Origin: an uncultured Gemmatimonadales bacterium
GTDB taxonomy: Bacteria > Gemmatimonadota > Gemmatimonadetes > Gemmatimonadales > GWC2-71-9
Assembly: GCA_963779755.1 (NCBI GenBank)
Contig: CAVZZO010000003.1
Coordinates: 96,001-160,000 of the forward strand
Reading direction: 5' to 3'
Length of the DNA: 64,000 nucleotides
The position numbers and the translations under genes were made by a program. A model generated the notes under the pieces. It saw only the letters and a program-made list of their open reading frames with translations. It was not told where the DNA came from and made no database searches. Below are positions 29,063 to 38,620 of this stretch, piece after piece (within the stretch, counting starts at the first letter, position 1; every line of letters begins with the position of its first letter).

Positions 29063-29632
29063 ATGCCCGGAAAACCACTGGAAGCCGCTCCCCAGGCCGG
29101 CAGCCGCACCGCCCGCCTGGCCGACGAGGCCGCCGGCGCCGCAGCCGACCTGCGCAAGTGGCTGGCCTCGCCTGCCGGGCGCCGAGCCATCCTGCGCGAC
29201 GGCGCCCCGGCCCTGGGAGAGGAACTGGAAGGCCTGCTGCGCGAAGTGCTCGCCCTGCAACTCTCCATCGGGGAGCTGGCCGGCGGCGCCGGGTTGACCG
29301 AAGGTCTCTCCGCCTCCATGCGCTATCTCACCGCGCGGCGCGCGTTCCGGTCCGACGCCGAGATGGCCGAAACCCTCGGCGTCCACCGCAGCCAGGTCAC
29401 GCGGTGGAAGCAGGGCACCGCCCCTGCGGCCGGCAACGCGGAACGCCTGGTAGGGCTGGATGTCGTGGTGGCGCTGCTGGACGGGTTCCTCGAGCCCGCC
29501 AGCATTCCCCGGTGGCTGCGGGGTATCAACGCCCACCTCGATCATCGCACTCCCCTGGACGTCCTGCGCGAGGGCCGCCTCTCGGAGGTGATCCGCGCCA
29601 TCGAGGCGGAGAAGGCGGGGGCCTTCGCCTGA
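29063..29632 (+). CDS. Xre/MbcA/ParS-type antitoxin (HTH + C-terminal toxin-binding domain)
   Basis: RBS GGAGGAGG; MAETLGVHRSQVTRW HTH; WLRGINAHLDHRTPLDVL; adjacent to RES gene. Confidence 0.82.
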   Translation: MPGKPLEAAPQAGSRTARLADEAAGAAADLRKWLASPAGRRAILRDGAPALGEELEGLLREVLALQLSIGELAGGAGLTEGLSASMRYLTARRAFRSDAEMAETLGVHRSQVTRWKQGTAPAAGNAERLVGLDVVVALLDGFLEPASIPRWLRGINAHLDHRTPLDVLREGRLSEVIRAIEAEKAGAFA

Positions 29633-29633
29633 G

Positions 29634-30215
29634 GTGCCCGCCACGCCGGCCGGTGCCAGCCTGTGGCGCGTCTTCCCCTGGGATTCCACCGCCTCTCCCG
29701 GCCATCGGTTCAGCGTATCGTACGTCTTTCCTCGCCAGTTCAGCGGGCGGTTCGACCTGGGCGGCACGCCATCCGTCCTCTACCTGGCCGAATCACCGGT
29801 GCATGCGGTGGCGGAGAAGATCCAGCGCTACCGGGGACAGACGCTCGAGTCATCGGACCTGCGAGAATACGGCCGGCCCCTGGCGCTGGTCGAGGTGACG
29901 CTGGCCGCCGCGGCACTCTCGGCGCTGGCCGACCTGTCCGATCCGGCGCAGTTGCTCCGGCTGGAATGCCGCCCCGATCAGCTGATGAGCCGCGATGTCA
30001 CCCGCACCCAGGCGGTGTCCCGCCGGATCCACGAACAGGGGCTCACCGGGTTCCGCCTCTGGTCGGCGCTCTCGGGCGACTGGCACACCGTCGTGCTGTT
30101 CGGCGACCGGGCAGGGGAGAGCGGACTCGGTTTCGGCGAGCCCGTGGAGCTCACGCTCTCCCACCCCGCCGTGGTGGAGGCGGCACGCGCCCTGGCGATC
30201 GGCGTCGGACAATAG
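29634..30215 (+). CDS. RES domain toxin (NAD+ phosphorylase family)
   Basis: WRV...GRFD...VLYLAES...AVAE...TQAVSRRIH..G..GFRLWSA. Confidence 0.85.
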   Translation: MPATPAGASLWRVFPWDSTASPGHRFSVSYVFPRQFSGRFDLGGTPSVLYLAESPVHAVAEKIQRYRGQTLESSDLREYGRPLALVEVTLAAAALSALADLSDPAQLLRLECRPDQLMSRDVTRTQAVSRRIHEQGLTGFRLWSALSGDWHTVVLFGDRAGESGLGFGEPVELTLSHPAVVEAARALAIGVGQ

Positions 30216-30226
30216 CGAGGAGAGAT

Positions 30227-30670
30227 CTAGTAGCCGCGGGCCATCCCTGTCGCAGCCGCCAGCATCAGCAGCACCAGGATGGCCTGTACGAAGCTGATCG
30301 CGGCGAAGGTGCCGGCCCGGCTGGTGTTGGGAGTCTGGCCCCGGGCCAACTGGCTGCGCCAGCGGATGAGGGAGGTCATGGGCCCGATCTCCAGAATCAG
30401 GACCACGGCCAGGAGCGCCATCTTGGCCCAGAACAGATGATTGTGGAGATAGTACGCGGTGTCCTTCTCCAGGCCTGCCAGCAATCGATACAGACCGGTG
30501 CCGATCCACAGGATGGCGGCGACGCCCCACCAGCTGTCGGCGTAGAAGACCTTGCGCAGCTCCAGCGCGTCGAGCGGGCCGCGCAACGCCCGGCCGCGGG
30601 CCCAGACGGCGCCGAGGCCGATGCCCAGGGCGAAGAGGTGAAGAAAGGCGAAGAGCCAGCGGAGCGACAC
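30227..30670 (-). CDS. DUF2214 family membrane protein
   Basis: LHLFALGIG, ADSWWG, TGLYR...EK..YYLHN.LFWAKM, MARGY. Confidence 0.8.
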   Translation of the reverse strand: MSLRWLFAFLHLFALGIGLGAVWARGRALRGPLDALELRKVFYADSWWGVAAILWIGTGLYRLLAGLEKDTAYYLHNHLFWAKMALLAVVLILEIGPMTSLIRWRSQLARGQTPNTSRAGTFAAISFVQAILVLLMLAAATGMARGY

Positions 30671-30725
30671 AGGCAGGCGGGGAAACGGGACACGGGAAAC
30701 GGCGGCAGGACGCAATCTAACGGCG

Positions 30726-31757
30726 TTACTCGGGGTGGCACTCCGGGCAGTGCTCGTCGCCGACCGCCTCGCCGGCCAGCAGGCGGGCGATCCATCCGGA
30801 CAGCCGGACGCCGCCGGCCTCATAGCTGTAGAAACGGTCCGTGACCAGCAAGCCATGGTCGCTCCCCGCCACCACGAAATCGTGGAACACCGGGCTGGTC
30901 TCCAGCGTGTCCAGCAGCCGGTAGGTGTCCTTCCGCCAGTCGGGGGAGCCGTCAATGATGTAGAACGCCGACTGAATGGCATCCTGATCGGCGGTGAGCA
31001 ACGCCAGCCGACCGTCGGGGAGCACCGCGTCGGCCGCCAGGCGCCACGCGTATTCCAGGCGCAGCGCATCCGCAGTTCCGGCGGCCGACTTGCCCCGGAC
31101 CCGTTCCAGCGCCGCGGCGGCCCCCCAGCCGGCGAGCCTCGCCGTATAGCCGGGCAGCAGGGGCACGCCGGAATCGCCGATCAGCACCAGCCGTGCGCCC
31201 GGAAAGAGCCGCGCGATGGCCGGGAGGTAGAACAGCGCGCCATAGGACCCGGCGCTGGTGCCCGCCACCACCACCCGCGCCGGCTGGTAGGCCTGCCGGG
31301 CGACCCAGTCCAAGACCGACTGCACATTGCGGGAGCCCACGTGATGCACCGGGCGGCTGGCGGAGTCGCCGCCGTAACGGCTCACCGTATCCCCCACATG
31401 TACGTCACCGGTGCAGTAGGGGATAAAAACCACCGCATCCTCGCGGAAGGGGTTCGCGGGATTGGAAAAATCGAAGATGCCGCGGTAGGGATCCAGCTCG
31501 CCGGCCACCACGCTGGGATCGAACGTGCCGGAGCAGCTGACCCAGTCCCAGCAGGCGCCGCCGCCCTCAAAATACACGAGGAGCCGCCGTGGCGGCGCGT
31601 CAGCGCTCCGATGCAGAAAGAAGCTGAAGGGGGTGTCGAAGGCGCACCCGGCGGGCGCCGGCATCCCGATCTGCTCCCATCCTTCGGGAGCATCGACGGC
31701 CGGCGGCTGCGCGACGACAGCCAGAGCCGCAAGGAGGAGAGTCGGCCACAACGTCAT
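30726..31757 (-). CDS. Pectin acetylesterase/VtpJ-like secreted hydrolase
   Basis: LLVYFEGGGACW, IPYCTGDVH.G, GTSAGSYG; signal peptide. Confidence 0.8.
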   Translation of the reverse strand: MTLWPTLLLAALAVVAQPPAVDAPEGWEQIGMPAPAGCAFDTPFSFFLHRSADAPPRRLLVYFEGGGACWDWVSCSGTFDPSVVAGELDPYRGIFDFSNPANPFREDAVVFIPYCTGDVHVGDTVSRYGGDSASRPVHHVGSRNVQSVLDWVARQAYQPARVVVAGTSAGSYGALFYLPAIARLFPGARLVLIGDSGVPLLPGYTARLAGWGAAAALERVRGKSAAGTADALRLEYAWRLAADAVLPDGRLALLTADQDAIQSAFYIIDGSPDWRKDTYRLLDTLETSPVFHDFVVAGSDHGLLVTDRFYSYEAGGVRLSGWIARLLAGEAVGDEHCPECHPE

Positions 31758-31775
31758 GAGCAGGAAAGGTAACGC

Positions 31776-32780
31776 TCAGCCTCCGAAATGTTCACCCAAC
31801 CAGGCCAGTGCCTCCCCGGCATGGCTGCGCCAGAAGCGCCAGGTGTGTTGTCCTTCCGCCACGAGGAATTCGGAGGGGATGCCGAGTGCCGCCAGGCGCC
31901 CGACCAGGAGCCGATTGCCTGCGGCGAGCGGATCGTCCCGCCCGACCTCGAGCCGTAGCGCTGGGAGAGGGTCACCTGAGCGCAGCAGGCGGGCAGCGGC
32001 GCGGCTGGGATCGTAACGCCACCAGGCGGTGCTGTCCGGACCCCAGGCAAGCCTCCACCAGGGCAGGGGGCGCTGATAGAATGCCTCCAGCTCGTCGAAG
32101 GATTGAGCCTCATGAGCGGGATGCCCGAGGCTATCCGCCGGGACATAGAGGGGAACCGCTACCGCGGAGAAGGCCACCGCGGCAGAGAACCGGCCAGGGT
32201 AGGTGAGCGCCAGGGTCAGCGCGCCCGTGCCTCCCATGCTGAGGCCCATGAGGCCGCGATGGGCCCGGTCCGCCAGCGTGCGATACCGTGCGTCGACCCA
32301 GCGTACGAGGTCCCGTGCCACGGCATCGCCGTAGGCGGCTCGCTGGACGCAGAACGCTTCGGCGGCTTCGGCCAGATCTTCGTCCCCGGCACATCGCTCC
32401 GTCGGCACGGTGGCGGACCAGTTGCTCCAGCGCCCATTGTCGCCGTCCGGCATCACCAGGATCATCTCCCGCACGCCATGGCCGAAGGCCGAATCCGCCA
32501 CCAGGTTCAGCTGTCCGCGGCTTATCCAGTCGCTCTCATTTCCGCCATAACCATGGAGCACATAGACGACCGGATATCGCCGGCCGGGACTGGTCGCGTA
32601 GGACCGAGGCAGATAGACCAGCACGTTCTTGTCCACTCCCAGGGCCGCTGAGTGGAAGCGCTCGATCTGAACCAGGGAAAGCGATGGCGGTGTTGCTACG
32701 CTCTGGGCCGGCAAGCGACCGGGCCAAGCCGCGAGGATACCCAGGCCACAGAGACCACCGCACTGCCGGAAATGAATCAT
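31776..32780 (-). CDS. Secreted alpha/beta-hydrolase esterase (CE1-like)
   Basis: VYLP.SY...YPVVYVLHG.GG, GLSMGG nucleophile motif, G.HTW.FW. Confidence 0.85.
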   Translation of the reverse strand: MIHFRQCGGLCGLGILAAWPGRLPAQSVATPPSLSLVQIERFHSAALGVDKNVLVYLPRSYATSPGRRYPVVYVLHGYGGNESDWISRGQLNLVADSAFGHGVREMILVMPDGDNGRWSNWSATVPTERCAGDEDLAEAAEAFCVQRAAYGDAVARDLVRWVDARYRTLADRAHRGLMGLSMGGTGALTLALTYPGRFSAAVAFSAVAVPLYVPADSLGHPAHEAQSFDELEAFYQRPLPWWRLAWGPDSTAWWRYDPSRAAARLLRSGDPLPALRLEVGRDDPLAAGNRLLVGRLAALGIPSEFLVAEGQHTWRFWRSHAGEALAWLGEHFGG

Positions 32781-32901
32781 GCCACCCTCCATGCGGCTCT
32801 TCCCACCGCCAGTCAGACCTGGTCATTGTGCGCCATTGACGTCGGGCCCTCAACCGGGGCAGCACCCAATTCGGGGCAGGGATCAGGGCAGTGCGCAGGG
32901 A

Positions 32902-33909
32902 TCAGTGCCCCAGGTGAAACACCAGCCACAGCCCCGCCAGGTAGGTCAGTACCATGACCGCGGGGCCGGGCTCGACCTTCCACACCCGCCGTTCGCTGCG
33001 GTTCAGGATCTCCACGATGCCCATGGCGATGAGCAGAATGGCCACCGTCCCGGCCGCGAGGACAGCGGGCTCGAACTTCAGGAAGATCGACCCCGGCCCG
33101 TCCGCGAAATCCATGGGGATGAGAATCGCCATGTTGAAACAGTTGCTGCCCACCAGATTGCCGACCGCGAGATCGTACGAGCCCGCCCGGATGCTGGCCA
33201 CCGACACCGCCGCCTCCGGCATCGAGGTCGTGATGGCCAGCAGCAGCACGCCGATGAACCCGGTGGCGACGCCCAGCTGGTCGGCGATCTCGACCGCGGA
33301 GCCGGCGAGGTAACGGGCCGCGATCAGGATGACCAGTGCCGCGATGGCGAAGCTCAGCAGGGTTCGCCCCAGCGTGCGTGCCTCCGCCGGCGTGGGAGGG
33401 TGCGGGTTCTCCGCCTCGCCCGCCGGCTGGAAGGGAGGTTTCCCCCCCCGGTTCTCGTGCAGTACCCGCATGCCGCCCAGGTACAGGAGCCCGATCGCCA
33501 GGCTGGGCCAGCCGAAGCCGAGCGCACTGGTCTGGACACCGCTGACGGCTCCAAGGACGGCAACCGAGGTGAGGCCGATGCCGATGGCCCCCACCAGCGC
33601 CTGATTCACGGCAACCCGGGGCAGGACCCGGGTGCCCCGCGTGAACAGATCCGCCAAGGCGAGGATCAGCATGTTGGCCATGCCGGAGCCGAACAGATCG
33701 CCGGCGGCCAGGTTGGGGTGCCCGCCCCAGGTGGCGAACAGATCGGTGGTCAGCTCGGGCAGGGAAGTCGCGGCCGCGACCAGGATGGCCCCCACCCAGG
33801 CGCGTCCCAGGCCGGTGCGGTCGGCGATGACGTCGCCGTCCCTCGCGAGGCGCGAGCCGGCAAGGATGACGGCCGCGGCGCTGAGAACAAAGGTTAACCA
33901 CGCAGGCAT
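32902..33909 (-). CDS. Sodium:calcium antiporter (YrbG-like CaCA)
   Basis: Alpha repeats AAATSLPE...GDLFGS and AITTSMPE...GNLVGSN. Confidence 0.88.
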   Translation of the reverse strand: MPAWLTFVLSAAAVILAGSRLARDGDVIADRTGLGRAWVGAILVAAATSLPELTTDLFATWGGHPNLAAGDLFGSGMANMLILALADLFTRGTRVLPRVAVNQALVGAIGIGLTSVAVLGAVSGVQTSALGFGWPSLAIGLLYLGGMRVLHENRGGKPPFQPAGEAENPHPPTPAEARTLGRTLLSFAIAALVILIAARYLAGSAVEIADQLGVATGFIGVLLLAITTSMPEAAVSVASIRAGSYDLAVGNLVGSNCFNMAILIPMDFADGPGSIFLKFEPAVLAAGTVAILLIAMGIVEILNRSERRVWKVEPGPAVMVLTYLAGLWLVFHLGH

Positions 33910-33928
33910 GGCCAATCTTAGGATGGAC

Positions 33929-33998
33929 CGGGAACAAGGGACAGGGGAGTACCGCCCTCACGCCCCGGTGGCTGGTCCCTTATCCCCTGTCCCTCCTG
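33929..33998. repeat. Palindromic heptamer repeat (AGGGAC/GTCCCT family) in the divergent promoter region
   Basis: AAGGGACAGGGGA ... TCCCTTATCCCCTGTCCCT. Confidence 0.7.
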
Positions 33999-34017
33999 CC
34001 TTTATCTTCCCCCCACG

Positions 34018-34767
34018 ATGAACATCCTGGTTTCCAACGATGACGGCGTGCTGGCTCCCGGCCTGGCTCTCCTGGCCCGGGCCTGCCAGTCGGTCGGCAA
34101 GGTCACGGTGGTGGCGCCGGATCGGGAGCAGAGCGGGACCAGCCATTCCCTGACCCTGCACCGGCCCATCCGCGCCAATCGCCGGCCCGACGGCGCCTTC
34201 CAGGTGGACGGAACCCCGACGGACTGTGTGCTGCTGGCCTTCGGCGAGCTGCTGGAGCGGCGGCCGGATTTCGTCTTCTCCGGAGTAAATCAGGGGCCCA
34301 ACATGGGCGAGGACGTGCTCTACAGCGGCACCGTGTCGGTGGCCATGGAAGCGGTGACGCTGGGTGTACCGGGTATCGCGATCTCCTTTGCCGGGAGCGA
34401 CCCGGAAACGATGGGAACCTACGGCAGCCTGCTGGAAGGCCTCATTCGCCGCATCACCGAGGTGGAGGATTTTCCTCCCAGCACGCTGCTGAACGTCAAC
34501 CTGCCTCCCATTCCGGCCGGCCACGTGAAAGGCATCAAGGTCTGCAAGCTGGGAAGCCGGTATTTCTCGGAATCGATCAGCCGGATGAAAGATCCCTGGG
34601 GCCGGGAAATCTACTGGATCGGGGGCGGCACCATCACCTGGACCGGCGGCGAGGATACCGATCACGAGGCCGTGGGCGAGGGCTGCATTTCCATCACTCC
34701 CCTGCACATGGATCTGACCAACTACAATCTGATCGAAACGGTGCGGGGATGGCGGCTGCAGGATTGA
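34018..34767 (+). CDS. surE: 5'/3'-nucleotidase SurE
   Basis: ILVSNDDG, VVAPDREQSG.SHSLT, DGTPTDCV, SGVN.G.N.GEDVLYSGTV. Confidence 0.96.
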   Translation: MNILVSNDDGVLAPGLALLARACQSVGKVTVVAPDREQSGTSHSLTLHRPIRANRRPDGAFQVDGTPTDCVLLAFGELLERRPDFVFSGVNQGPNMGEDVLYSGTVSVAMEAVTLGVPGIAISFAGSDPETMGTYGSLLEGLIRRITEVEDFPPSTLLNVNLPPIPAGHVKGIKVCKLGSRYFSESISRMKDPWGREIYWIGGGTITWTGGEDTDHEAVGEGCISITPLHMDLTNYNLIETVRGWRLQD

Positions 34768-35438
34768 GCCCCGGGGACGGGTTCGGCGGCTACCGCGAGC
34801 AGCTGGTGGAAACGCTGCGGAGCAAGGGCATCCGCGACCTGGCGGTGCTGAACGCGGTGAGCAAGGTTCCGCGGCACCTCTTCGTCCCCGAAGCGGTCCG
34901 CCACCGCGCCTATGAGGATTCGGCCCTTCCCATCGGCGGGGGACAGACCATCTCCCAGCCGTTTGTCCAGGCGCAGTCGCTGGAAATGGCCGAGCTCACC
35001 GGCGAGGAAAAGGTCCTGGAAGTAGGCACCGGGTCCGGGTACCAGACCGCGCTGCTGGCCCAGCTCGCCAGTGTGGTCTTTACCGTCGAGCGGATACCTT
35101 CGCTGGCCCACTCGGCGCGCGAGGCGCTGGAAGCGGCCGGCGTCCGGAACGTATCGGTGCTGCAGGGCGATGGAACGCTCGGCTGGCGTCCCTATGCTCC
35201 CTACGACGCGATTATCGTCTCCGCCGCTTCGCCCACGGTGCCCGAACCGCTGGCCGACCAGCTGGCTCTGGGCGGCCGGCTGGTGATCCCGCTGGGCGAC
35301 CTGGGGCAGCAGGTGCTGACGCTGGTGCGCCGCACGACGGAGGGACTGGAACAGCGAACCATTTCCGAGGTACGGTTCGTACCCCTTCTGGGCCGGTTCG
35401 GTTTCGATCCCAACGCCAGCGAGAGTCATGGCCGCTGA
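34764..35438 (+). CDS. pcm: Protein-L-isoaspartate O-methyltransferase
   Basis: VPRHLFV, GQTISQP, VLEVGTGSGYQTA, RFVPL; probable TTG start overlapping the surE stop (TTGA). Confidence 0.95.
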   Translation: MSPGDGFGGYREQLVETLRSKGIRDLAVLNAVSKVPRHLFVPEAVRHRAYEDSALPIGGGQTISQPFVQAQSLEMAELTGEEKVLEVGTGSGYQTALLAQLASVVFTVERIPSLAHSAREALEAAGVRNVSVLQGDGTLGWRPYAPYDAIIVSAASPTVPEPLADQLALGGRLVIPLGDLGQQVLTLVRRTTEGLEQRTISEVRFVPLLGRFGFDPNASESHGR

Positions 35439-36150
35439 CATCATCCGCTGGATTACCGACGCCGTCTTCGCGCTGGGCTATCCCGGCATCGCGGCGCTCA
35501 TGTTCATCGAGTCGTCGTTCATTCCATTCCCCAGCGAGGTGATCCTGCCACCGGCGGGCTATCTGGTGGCCCAGGGGCGGATGAGCGGCGTGGCGGTGCT
35601 GGCGGCCGGTCTTACCGGCAGCCTGCTGGGCGCCTTGTTCAATTACTACGTCGCCGTCTACGTGGGCGAGCCGGTACTGCGGAAGTATGGCAAGTACGTC
35701 CTGTTGAAACCCGCCGCCCTCGACAAGGCGGAGCGGTTCTTCCGCCGGCACGGCGAGATCGGCACCTTTGTCGGCCGGCTGGTTCCCGTGGTACGCCAGC
35801 TCATCTCGGTTCCGGCGGGTATGGCCCGCATGAATCTGGCGCGGTTCGTCTTCTATACCGGGCTCGGTGCCGGCGCCTGGTGCGCCATCCTGGTGTATAT
35901 CGGCTGGTGGCTCGGCCGGCATCAGGCCGCCCTGGCCGATGTCGCCGTGCTGGCGGGCCAGCAGGCGCATCGGTGGTTCTTCTTCTATGTGCTACCGGCC
36001 CTCGTTGTCATCGTGGCGCTCTACTGGGTGTGGTACCGGCGGACCGGCAGGGCGACGGGAAACCAGGAAGCAGAGGACCATGCCGGCGGCGGTGCCACCG
36101 TCGCCCCGCCGGACCGCCATAGCGCCGGCAACGTGGAATCAGGGGAATAG
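35428..36150 (+). CDS. DedA family membrane protein
   Basis: MFIESSFIPFPSEVILPPAG, GRLVPVVRQLISVPAG. Confidence 0.92.
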   Translation: MAADIIRWITDAVFALGYPGIAALMFIESSFIPFPSEVILPPAGYLVAQGRMSGVAVLAAGLTGSLLGALFNYYVAVYVGEPVLRKYGKYVLLKPAALDKAERFFRRHGEIGTFVGRLVPVVRQLISVPAGMARMNLARFVFYTGLGAGAWCAILVYIGWWLGRHQAALADVAVLAGQQAHRWFFFYVLPALVVIVALYWVWYRRTGRATGNQEAEDHAGGGATVAPPDRHSAGNVESGE

Positions 36151-36158
36151 GGGGCGAC

Positions 36159-36431
36159 ATGGCCGCCACGCGTTTTCTCGTCTCAGGTGTCGTTCAGGGT
36201 GTGGGGTTCCGCTGGTTTGTGGCCCGCCACGGCCGCCACCTTGGCCTTCGCGGATTCGCCAGGAACCTGCCCGACGGCCGGGTGGAGGTCCTGGTCTCCG
36301 GCCCCGGGAACGCTCTCAACGACCTGGAGGCGCTGCTCCGGCGCGGGCCTGCACACGCGCGGGTCACCGGGGTGGATAAACACGATATTTCGGATGATGT
36401 AGTTGATGCTAAATCATTTGACATACGGTGA
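36159..36431 (+). CDS. acyP: Acylphosphatase
   Basis: VSGVVQGVGFR, GFARNLPDGRVE, GP..ARV. Confidence 0.92.
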   Translation: MAATRFLVSGVVQGVGFRWFVARHGRHLGLRGFARNLPDGRVEVLVSGPGNALNDLEALLRRGPAHARVTGVDKHDISDDVVDAKSFDIR

Positions 36432-36464
36432 TTACAATTTTCACATGCACCATGGGTTGAGGCA

Positions 36465-36998
36465 ATGGAATCGTTGCGAAACGACATTCGAACCACCCTG
36501 CGAGCCGTCCCTGACTACCCTCAGCCTGGCATCCTCTTTCAGGATATCACCCCGATACTCAGGGATTCCGGCCTGCTGCGCCGGGTGGTAGCCGCGCTCT
36601 GCGAACCGTTCCAGGGGCAGGGGATCACCCACGTAGCCGGCATTGAGGCCCGTGGCTTCATTCTGGGCGCGCCGGTGGCGGTGCAGCTGGGAGCGGGATT
36701 CATTCCGGTGCGGAAGGCGGGGAAGTTGCCCGGCCGCACGCTGAGCCGAGAATACGCGTTGGAGTATGGCACGGCCGTGCTGGAGGCCCATGAGGACCAT
36801 CTGTCTCCCGGGAACATGGTCCTGATCATCGACGATGTGCTGGCCACCGGCGGCACCGCCGCCGCGGCCGCGGAGATGGTCCGCCACTCGGGGGCCCGGC
36901 TCGCCGGCTGGGGCTTCCTGCTGGAGATCTCGGAGCTCGACGGCCGGATGAAACTGGGAGGGGCGCCGATCCATGTGTTGGCCGGGACGGAGGAATGA
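36465..36998 (+). CDS. apt: Adenine phosphoribosyltransferase
   Basis: PDYPQPGILFQDITP, EARGF, RKAGKLPG, YALEYG, IDDVLATGGT. Confidence 0.96.
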   Translation: MESLRNDIRTTLRAVPDYPQPGILFQDITPILRDSGLLRRVVAALCEPFQGQGITHVAGIEARGFILGAPVAVQLGAGFIPVRKAGKLPGRTLSREYALEYGTAVLEAHEDHLSPGNMVLIIDDVLATGGTAAAAAEMVRHSGARLAGWGFLLEISELDGRMKLGGAPIHVLAGTEE

Positions 36999-37071
36999 AA
37001 GAATGGGGGGAACGGAAATCGAGGCGCCATATTGACCTAAGGGCCTCTCGGCGCCTTATTTCACCGTCTTT

Positions 37072-37145
37072 GCCCCCGTAGCTCAGCTGGATAGAGCAGC
37101 AGTTTCCTAAACTGTTGGCCGCGTGTTCGAATCACGCCGGGGGCA
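37072..37145 (+). tRNA. tRNA-Arg (anticodon CCT), CCA not encoded
   Basis: Acceptor GCCCCCG/CGGGGGC; D-loop AGCTGGATAGAGC; anticodon arm GCAGT-TTCCTAA-ACTGT; T-loop GTTCGAAT. Confidence 0.96.
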
Positions 37146-37172
37146 CCTGACGTGACCCTTTTCTACTAATAC

Positions 37173-37892
37173 ATGGCGACGACGTTGCAGGGACGATCCA
37201 AGAAGAAATACTCCACCTCCGCCAGCGGATCCTCCGCGCCCAACGCACCGGCAATCGCCGTGCAGCCGGGGCAGATGGACCGGCTGGCGGCCTGGGCCAG
37301 GCGGAACACCCGCGTCCTGTTGATCATCACCGGCGTGGTGGTCGCCGGCGGCCTGCTGACGTGGTTCATGATCACGGCGCAGCGGCGGAAGCAGGAGTTT
37401 GCCAGCCGCGCACTGGTCGAAGCGCGGTCCCTGGCTGAGAACGGGAACATCGCCCAGGCATCGAGCCGGTTGCAGCAGGTCATCGATACCTACAGCGGCA
37501 CCGATGCGGCCCAGGAGGCGGAGATCTCCCTGAACCAGCTGCGGCTGGTGAACGGGCAGGCCGAGCTGGCCGCGGTACGGCTGCGGGAGTTCATCGCCCG
37601 CAGCCCGGCACCCCGGTATCTGGCGCCGGCCGAAGCCCTGCTGGGCTCGGCCCTGGAGAACGCAGGCAAGCCGGCCGATGCCGCCGCCGCCTACCAGAAG
37701 GCGGCCGACGCTACCAGCACCCCGTACCTCAAAGCCGACTACCTGCTCGATGCCGCCCGGGCCTACACCGATGCCGGCAAGAACGATGCGGCGATCCAGG
37801 TTCTCACGGTGGTGGTGGACAAGTATCAGGACACCAACGCCTATGTCGAGGCGCAGGTGCGATTGGCGGAGCTGACGAAAGGAAAGATGTAA
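37173..37892 (+). CDS. Membrane-anchored TPR protein (YfgM-like)
   Basis: Single TM helix after WARRN, followed by Ala-rich TPR helices. Confidence 0.7.
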   Translation: MATTLQGRSKKKYSTSASGSSAPNAPAIAVQPGQMDRLAAWARRNTRVLLIITGVVVAGGLLTWFMITAQRRKQEFASRALVEARSLAENGNIAQASSRLQQVIDTYSGTDAAQEAEISLNQLRLVNGQAELAAVRLREFIARSPAPRYLAPAEALLGSALENAGKPADAAAAYQKAADATSTPYLKADYLLDAARAYTDAGKNDAAIQVLTVVVDKYQDTNAYVEAQVRLAELTKGKM

Positions 37893-38494
37893 CAGTCGGG
37901 AGCAGGGGAGAGTCAGGGCGACTGGCCCGCGGCGCCGCTGGTCCATCCGGATCGAGCGGCGCCTGCCGTGTGATCCGGGTGCTGCGAGAACCGGCCGGGA
38001 CGGAACGATTCTGGCCTTGCGCGCGGCGTCCCCCCCGAGGCTGCCCTGGCCGGCCTCCCGCCTCGCTGACCAGACCGGCAATCTCGTCTGCCGGCGACGC
38101 GGGATGCCCGCCCCAGACGCCTTCCTCGCCTCACACGGTCCGCCAACCTCAGCCTTGCGTTCCCGGGGTCGCTGGAATACGACCGGGTGGCGGGAGGGAG
38201 CGGTCCAAGGCCTTCCGGCCCAGGGAATGGGCCCAGCCGGTCTATTTACCCGGGAGAATCCCCGGCTGGCCTTGAGAAGCAACTTGAAGGCCGATGGTCC
38301 ATCCAATTAATCCGTAACCGCTTACATAAGAGACAACCGAAGCCACCCACCGTCGGAAGTATGACCTGGGTCCGGAAAGCAACCGCAAGTCGCCGAGTAG
38401 GGGCCCGGAGCCAGACATGGAGCGGCGAGAGGCGCACGAAAGGCGATTCTTTGCCTAAATATGACCCAGCATCGAGCCACTGCCGTAGCACTAA

Positions 38495-38522
38495 AGTTCG
38501 TATAATATATGTTATGTTAACT
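38495..38522. other. dif site (XerC/XerD chromosome dimer resolution)
   Basis: AGTTCGTATAA-TATATG-TTATGTTAACT versus E. coli GGTGCGCATAA-TGTATA-TTATGTTAAAT; intergenic, AT-rich, at the switch in gene orientation. Confidence 0.92.
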
Positions 38523-38620
38523 AAAACAGTGGATAACTGTTGATAACGGGGAAAACCCGACGCCGTGATACTCCCTGACGTGGATTTGACGAGTTTTGAC
38601 CAGAACTGGCTGACGGAAGG

